Positions 58,400 through 64,000 of a DNA stretch of 64,000 nucleotides are shown one piece after another (the stretch's first letter is position 1; each line of letters opens with the position of its first letter). The stretch spans positions 32,001 through 96,000 of the forward strand of contig MTMD02000008.1 of NCBI GenBank assembly GCA_002010065.2, in the 5' to 3' direction. The translations under genes and the position numbers were made by a program. The DNA comes from Candidatus Pyrohabitans jungbluthii. Its GTDB lineage: Archaea > Hydrothermarchaeota > Hydrothermarchaeia > Hydrothermarchaeales > BMS3B. The notes beneath the pieces are model-generated. The model was not told the DNA's origin, searched no databases, and saw nothing but the letters and a program-made list of their open reading frames with translations.

Positions 58400-60319
58400 T
58401 CACTTTACCCTGAATACATCCAGGTTCTGCACCGCCCGCGTCTCGCTGTAGGTGCGCTTGTAGAGCGAGGATGCAAGTTCTATGCACTTGCTCTCCTCGC
58501 CATGGCAGGTGATTATGCGCTCTGGCTTTGGATTCAGTCTGCGCACGTAGTTGATTAACTGGTTGCGGTCGCTGTGCCCTGAGAAGCCCTCTATGGTGTG
58601 AACCTCCATGTTTATCGTCACAACCTTGGTCTTGCCGTTCTCCTTCATGGGGATCTCCTTCCATCCCTTCTGGATGCGCCTGCCAAGGCTGCCCTCTGCT
58701 TGGTAGCCCACGAAGATCAGCGAGTTCTTCTCGTCGTCGGCGAGGTGGCGCAGGTACTCAATGCTTGGCCCACCTGTAAGCATACCGGAGGTTGCCAGAA
58801 TAACGCTGGGTTCGCCGTCAATTACCTCCTTCCGCTTCGCTGTGCCAGTGACGCGCTTGAATATGTCGCTGAGGAACGGGTTATGCCCGCGGTGGAATAT
58901 CTCTGTTCGCAGCATCCGGTTGAGGTATTCAGGGTAGGTGGTGTGTATCGCTGTTGCTTCCCATATCATGCCGTCCAAGTAGACTGGTATCTCCTCAAGA
59001 ACGCCATTGTTAACGTAGTCCTCCAGTGTGAGCATAAGCTCCTGCGCTCTGCCAACGCTGAACACAGGCACGAGAACCTTACCCTTGCGCTCTATCGTGC
59101 GCCTTATTATCTTAATAAGCTCCTCCTCGGCGCGTCTTCGACTCGGGAGAATGTCGCGCTTGCCGCCGTAGGTGCTCTCGATTATTAGCGTCTCCAAGCG
59201 GGGAAAGCGGAAGTTCGCGGGCTCAAGCAAGCGGGAGCGCTCAAACTTTATGTCTCCTGTATATGCCAGGTTGTAGAGCCCATCGCCGATATGGAAGTGT
59301 GCTATGGAAGAGCCCAGAATGTGCCCTGCGTTGTGAAGGGTTAAGCGAACATCTGGCGCAATGTCTGTGACATCTCCATACTCAAGGGGAATGACGTACT
59401 TGAGCATCTCCTTTATGAACTTTCGCGGGTAGGGTGGCTGCCTGCCTTCGCGCTCCACAACGTCGAGGTAATCCCACTGGAGCAGAAACATCAGGTCGCG
59501 AGTGGGAGGTGTGCAGTACACTGGACCCTCGTAGCCCATATAGTAGAGAAAAGGCACAAAGCCGCAGTGGTCAAGATGGGCATGGGTAATCACCACCGCA
59601 TCAAGCTGCTGGATGTCAAACTCAGGTATGTTCAGGTAGGGGTATGCCTTCTCAGAATCGCCGGCAGCAACGTTAACACCGCAGTCTATTAAAATCCTGC
59701 TCTCAGGTGTGTGGAGGTACATGCAGGTTCGCCCTACCTCGCGGAAGCCACCTAAAGCGGAGACACGTATCCAGTATGTATCCCTCGGGCGGGTGGAGCG
59801 GTGTATCCTTCGCCCTATCTTGAGAAGAATCTCCTTGCGCTTGTCGCTGCTCGCAAGGAGCTGATGGCGAATGCTCTTAACTATCTTTGACTCAATGGGC
59901 GGCGCACGTCTCACGCGGGGGAGCCAGCCTATAGCGACACGAATATCATTTAGCGTTTTCCCAGCCTTGCCTATAACCAAACCCGGCTTTATAGCCTCTA
60001 TGATAACCTCACCGAAGACAGGGTCGAACTTTATGTCTGTTATTCCCGCTTCCTCAGGTACAATCTCCTTTATCTTCTTTATTGCTGTCTCCTCGTCGCT
60101 TAGTACGCTGGAATCTGGGCGTATAATTATGCGTTTGCGTATTATCTTTGCAAGTTCTTTAATTATGTTGCTGTCCGCTGCAAGCACCGCTGGGTTTTTA
60201 GAGTACAGTACAAGCTCACTACCTTCAAAGTCCACCTTGGTAATCAACGCAGAGGCTGGAACGTTTTCCTTTACTATGCTTTTAATCTCCTCCAGTGTGT
60301 CTCTGGCTCTCATAAGCAC
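58400..60319 (-). CDS. fttA: Beta-CASP ribonuclease aCPSF1 / transcription termination factor FttA
   Basis: N-terminal KH domains, HAHLDH, GHILGS and GFSGHSD motifs. Confidence 0.95.
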   Translation of the reverse strand: MLMRARDTLEEIKSIVKENVPASALITKVDFEGSELVLYSKNPAVLAADSNIIKELAKIIRKRIIIRPDSSVLSDEETAIKKIKEIVPEEAGITDIKFDPVFGEVIIEAIKPGLVIGKAGKTLNDIRVAIGWLPRVRRAPPIESKIVKSIRHQLLASSDKRKEILLKIGRRIHRSTRPRDTYWIRVSALGGFREVGRTCMYLHTPESRILIDCGVNVAAGDSEKAYPYLNIPEFDIQQLDAVVITHAHLDHCGFVPFLYYMGYEGPVYCTPPTRDLMFLLQWDYLDVVEREGRQPPYPRKFIKEMLKYVIPLEYGDVTDIAPDVRLTLHNAGHILGSSIAHFHIGDGLYNLAYTGDIKFERSRLLEPANFRFPRLETLIIESTYGGKRDILPSRRRAEEELIKIIRRTIERKGKVLVPVFSVGRAQELMLTLEDYVNNGVLEEIPVYLDGMIWEATAIHTTYPEYLNRMLRTEIFHRGHNPFLSDIFKRVTGTAKRKEVIDGEPSVILATSGMLTGGPSIEYLRHLADDEKNSLIFVGYQAEGSLGRRIQKGWKEIPMKENGKTKVVTINMEVHTIEGFSGHSDRNQLINYVRRLNPKPERIITCHGEESKCIELASSLYKRTYSETRAVQNLDVFRVK

Positions 60320-60393
60320 TTCCTCTTTTTAATTGAAATAAAATAATGAGAGATAATTGAGATTCTAAAGAAGGGAGAAGGGATAAAATCCCT

Positions 60394-61032
60394 TCAGAGG
60401 GTTTCTATTATCTCGTTTACTTCCTCTTCAGAAAGCTTTGTAGCTTTTTCCTTCGTTATTTTAATCACGTCTATTCCATTTCCTGTCATTGCATCGCGCT
60501 CCAGAGCGGCACGTATTGCGCGAATCGCAACCTTTGTTGCTGCATCTATATCCATGTCCTCCTTGTAAGCGTCCTCCAGCACGCCGTAAGCGTAGGGCGA
60601 GCCAGAGCCGGTGGCGATTACCCTGTCCTCAATGGCGCTGCCAAGTGGATCCAGAGAGTAGAGCTTAGCTCCGGTCTTGTCCACACCGCCTATTATAAGC
60701 TGCACTATAAGCGGGAAGTAGCGCGATGAGAATAGCACATTACCCATGAGGGTGGATATAGCCTGGACGCCTATCTCCTCACCCTTTCGCATCCTGTAAA
60801 GCCTTGCCTCGGCGCGCATCCACCTTATGAGTGCCTGAGCGTCGCCCACTGCCCCAGCCACTGTCGCAGCCAGGTGCTTGTCTATTATAAAGCTCTTCTG
60901 CACCACCTTGTGGGCTATCAGCGTACCCATTGTAGCACGCTTATCGCTGACAAGCACCACACCATCGCTTGTGGCTAGCCCCACTGTGGTGGTTCCCTTC
61001 ATGTATTCCTTTACCCTTTCCACGGCCTCCAT
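60394..61032 (-). CDS. psmB: Proteasome beta subunit
   Basis: Propeptide + GTTTVG, D.RAT and TGSGS motifs; conserved linkage to aCPSF1. Confidence 0.96.
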   Translation of the reverse strand: MEAVERVKEYMKGTTTVGLATSDGVVLVSDKRATMGTLIAHKVVQKSFIIDKHLAATVAGAVGDAQALIRWMRAEARLYRMRKGEEIGVQAISTLMGNVLFSSRYFPLIVQLIIGGVDKTGAKLYSLDPLGSAIEDRVIATGSGSPYAYGVLEDAYKEDMDIDAATKVAIRAIRAALERDAMTGNGIDVIKITKEKATKLSEEEVNEIIETL

Positions 61033-61146
61033 TAATTAACCTCCAAGAAAAAGGGAGTAAAACCAGTTTGTTACTACTATTGAGGGTTTTCCCATATATA
61101 AATATTACTATAAAAATGCGAGAAGTTAAGCGCAAATCTGAAAAAC

Positions 61147-61866
61147 ATGAAAAAAATCTTCGGTGAGGCAGCTTGCATAATCGGGGATGCTCTAGTAGTG
61201 GCTGATCTCCACATGGGGGTGGAGAATGAACTACGAAGCCAGGGTTTAAGGGTGCCCTCCCAGAGGGTAAATATGGAAAGAAGGCTGCTTGACCTCATCG
61301 AGAAAACGAATGTCAAGAGGGTTGTGATCCTAGGCGACCTGAAGCACAGTATACCAAAAGCGAGCTGGCAGGAGTACGCCGAGGTTCCGCAGCTTATTCA
61401 TGCTCTTGAAGCTAGGGCAGAGTTGGTTGTGGTGAAGGGGAACCACGACGCCAGCATAGAGAGGCTGCTCCCCTCCACTGAGGTGGTGGACAGCCTTGTG
61501 ATAGGCGACGTGCTGCTGGTGCACGGGCACATGCGTGCGAAGAGCTTGGACTTCACGCGAATAGTGCTGGCACACAATCACCCGGCGGTGGAGTTTGTGG
61601 ACGAGCTTGGTGGAAGGATGCGTGAAAAGGTCTGGCTGGAGCTGGAGTTCAGAGAGGAGGCGCTACTAAAGCTTGGTTTGGAAAGGAGTCCCCGCATAAC
61701 TGTGATGCCCGCCTTTAATGAGCTTATTGAGGGCGTGCCATTTAACAACGTGACTCAGGGTCAAGGACCGCTGCTGAGGGAAGAGCTGGTGGACTTAGGG
61801 GAGGCGAGAGCTTACCTCCTGGACGGCACGGAGCTTGGCAAACTGAAGGAGCTTGCACAACTTTAG
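61147..61866 (+). CDS. Calcineurin-like metallophosphoesterase
   Basis: DLHMG, GDLKH, GNHD, HGH, HNHP and MPAFN motifs. Confidence 0.9.
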   Translation: MKKIFGEAACIIGDALVVADLHMGVENELRSQGLRVPSQRVNMERRLLDLIEKTNVKRVVILGDLKHSIPKASWQEYAEVPQLIHALEARAELVVVKGNHDASIERLLPSTEVVDSLVIGDVLLVHGHMRAKSLDFTRIVLAHNHPAVEFVDELGGRMREKVWLELEFREEALLKLGLERSPRITVMPAFNELIEGVPFNNVTQGQGPLLREELVDLGEARAYLLDGTELGKLKELAQL

Positions 61867-62690
61867 TGCACCGCACCAGCGAGGAAGGAGAGCAGGGCGA
61901 TAAACATCGCCACCTTTATATATCTGGCGCTTTTGGCAGGGTCGCGTTTTTTTAATAGTACTGCGAGAGAGTAGAGGAAGATCGCATCTGCGATGCCCAC
62001 AATAGGTAGGTAGAAGACGCCAAGAATATTCATGTGGTAGGGAAGGGGGCTAAGAAGCACAGCAGCTAGTAGGAACGCAGACGCGACGTAAGCGCTCCTC
62101 CGCGTGCCTATCCTCACCGGTAAGGTTCTACACTCACCCCGGTCGCCTCTCAGGTCTGCGATGTCCTTTACAATTTCTCGGGAGGTGTTGGCAAGCGCTG
62201 CGAGAGCGACGAAGATGAGCGTCGCCTTAGGTTGAGACGTGGCAATGCCGCCATAAAGAAAGGGCGAGGCTACGAGGTAGCTAACTGTAAGGTTCTTGCT
62301 CAGCCCGCCAGCGCGCTTTATTCTCCATGCATACGAGTAGAGTAGCGCAGAGTTGAAGGCTGCCAGGAAGAAAGCAGCAGGGCTTATTAGTAGCGCAAGC
62401 GCAATGCCTGAAGCAAAGAGAAGTAACGCGTAGTTCCTCGCCACCCACCTCTGCAGCGCACCTCGAGGGAGCACCCTGTGAGGGGCGTTTATCTTATCTA
62501 TATCATAATCGTAGTAGTCGTTTATCACATTGCCAGCGCCGCACACCATGAAGGCAATAACGCACGCGAGAGCCACGTCAGCGCTGAAGTTGCCAGAGGC
62601 TATGCTTGCCCCGAGAAACACCGCAAAGGCTGCCATTGCACAGTTCACAGGTCTGAGGATTTCTAGATAGGCGCGCATACCACATAACAC
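61863..62690 (-). CDS. Digeranylgeranylglyceryl phosphate synthase (UbiA family)
   Basis: RP.N, NDYYD..ID..N.P.R.LPRG and REIVKD..D..GD motifs. The true start may be ATG 62678. Confidence 0.9.
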   Translation of the reverse strand: MLCGMRAYLEILRPVNCAMAAFAVFLGASIASGNFSADVALACVIAFMVCGAGNVINDYYDYDIDKINAPHRVLPRGALQRWVARNYALLLFASGIALALLISPAAFFLAAFNSALLYSYAWRIKRAGGLSKNLTVSYLVASPFLYGGIATSQPKATLIFVALAALANTSREIVKDIADLRGDRGECRTLPVRIGTRRSAYVASAFLLAAVLLSPLPYHMNILGVFYLPIVGIADAIFLYSLAVLLKKRDPAKSARYIKVAMFIALLSFLAGAVH

Positions 62691-62782
62691 CGCCTTGCAG
62701 AGGTGCTATATAGGTGCAGCCATGAATATAAATCCCTTTCTATAATGGTTATTGGTCGTTAAAGGTGGAAATAAAAACTGAC

Positions 62783-62855
62783 AGCCCCGTGGTGTAGCGG
62801 TCAATCATGCGGGACTCTGGATCCTGCGACGGCGGTTCGAATCCGCCCGGGGCTA
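62783..62855 (+). tRNA. tRNA-Gln(CTG)
   Basis: AGCCCCG/CGGGGCT acceptor stem, anticodon loop CTCTGGA and GTTCGAATC T-loop. Confidence 0.96.
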
Positions 62856-62997
62856 TCCAGGGGAGGGGAATGCCCCTCCCCTTCGGTATACCCCTCCCCG
62901 ACAGGGATACGAGGGAAAATACTATGGAAACATAGCGGTATTTAGCGTTAGCGAAAATACTGCAATATGATGATGCAACTGTCTGCAGTTGCGTTCT

Positions 62998-63014
62998 GAA
63001 TCCGCCCGGGGCTA
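62998..63014 (+). repeat. 17-bp direct repeat of the tRNA-Gln 3' end (att-like)
   Basis: GAATCCGCCCGGGGCTA is identical to 62839-62855. Confidence 0.85.
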
Positions 63015-63187
63015 CTTACACTTTTTGATTTCAGTAAAATGATAGTTGCATGCCTGTTATATCAACACGGGAAGGTAATAACTGACAGACAATTATATAC
63101 ACAGGTCTTTTTAAAAAAATCAACAAAAAATATTATCCTTTCCAATCAAAAAAGGAGGGGAACATGCGGCAAAGCCGCATGCTCTCT

Positions 63188-63748
63188 TTACATCTTCATT
63201 TCGCCTTCGCTACCCATATCCATGCCTTGCATGCCGCCCATCATCATTCCAAGGCTCTTTATAAGCTCTGGGGTAATGTCCTCGTAGGTTATCACCTCAC
63301 CGCCATGCTGCGAGGCAAAGGCATGGGCGTCTTCGCTCTTGGCAAAGGGCACAACATCATCACCCATAGGCCCCTGCACGTCGCTGCCCTTCACGTAGTA
63401 CGCCTTCGTCGCGTCGGTGTACTGCTTAGTAGCATAGTCGGTCACAAAAATCGCGGCTATGTCATTCTTGTTAATCCACTGCTTCGGCTCGTTTTTGTTG
63501 CTCAGGCCAAGCACAAACTTGAACATATCCTTGGGGGAGTCGAAGTGGTAGCGCTCGCCGTTCTTGAGCACCACCTGCGCACGCCACTCTGGATACTTCG
63601 CAGGCATCATACCGCACACCGGGCATTTGTCATTCATCGTTGGCTCAACAGGGGTAACCGCGGCGGGCTGTGCCTTCTCCGCAGGCGCCTTGGTGCATCC
63701 AGCAAATAAAAGCATGGCCATGGCGCTTATGAGGATTATCGTTCGCAT
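63188..63748 (-). CDS. nosL: NosL-family copper-binding lipoprotein
   Basis: Lipobox FAGC, CPVCGM, FDS..DM, A.YV.GS...GPMG, F...HGG and Met-rich tail. The start is uncertain (63748-63766). Confidence 0.85.
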   Translation of the reverse strand: MRTIILISAMAMLLFAGCTKAPAEKAQPAAVTPVEPTMNDKCPVCGMMPAKYPEWRAQVVLKNGERYHFDSPKDMFKFVLGLSNKNEPKQWINKNDIAAIFVTDYATKQYTDATKAYYVKGSDVQGPMGDDVVPFAKSEDAHAFASQHGGEVITYEDITPELIKSLGMMMGGMQGMDMGSEGEMKM

Positions 63749-64000
63749 CAACCTCAAATTATCCACCTCCTTATTTTTTAGTGATTTTTCTATTTAAAAA
63801 TGTTATATTTATAATTAATCATTGAAAGCGTTCCATGGTGAAAAATGCCTAGTACCCCCAAATGCAATATTGCCATATATGCGTAATATCGCGTTTAAAC
63901 GCGTAAATAAAATAAAAATTAAAAATTTATGGAGACATCATCCACATCCGAGCTTGTGCGGCGGAACGGTGGTTATCACTGGAGTTTTTGATGCTGCATC

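Noticed and set aside
63929-64000. Possible coding fragment at the right window edge
   Set aside because: It is too short to assign a frame or product.

Overview
This is an archaeal chromosomal window from a probably thermophilic, anaerobic euryarchaeon. The markers are reverse gyrase, thermosome, proteasome beta, aCPSF1, GINS, Hel308, archaeosine synthase, DGGGP synthase and a formylmethanofuran dehydrogenase fwdFGDBAC operon. Together with a che cluster, a multiheme cytochrome and NosL, this suggests a Hydrothermarchaeota-like lineage; that is an inference and cannot be verified here. Most of the window is housekeeping. RNA genes seen directly are tRNA-Ser(CGA), tRNA-Gln(CTG), RNase P RNA and a three-hairpin H/ACA-like guide RNA. 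The most unusual locus is an AT-richer cassette at about 35.3-37.9 kb. It contains a winged-helix protein, a short serine recombinase, a convergently transcribed ~350-nt multi-domain structured RNA with its own TATA box, and clusters of a TTTACAAWAWTGTTT-like repeat at both ends, next to tRNA-Ser. Other notable items are a deacetylase/glucuronyl-C5-epimerase fusion, an IscS homologue lacking the PLP lysine, a FwdG-wHTH fusion, a Rieske-less cytochrome b facing a triheme lipoprotein, a PrcB-lipoprotein/subtilase pair, a decayed merA, a ~140-bp att-flanked element at tRNA-Gln and several palindromic operators. All calls come from manual motif reading and no database searches were run.
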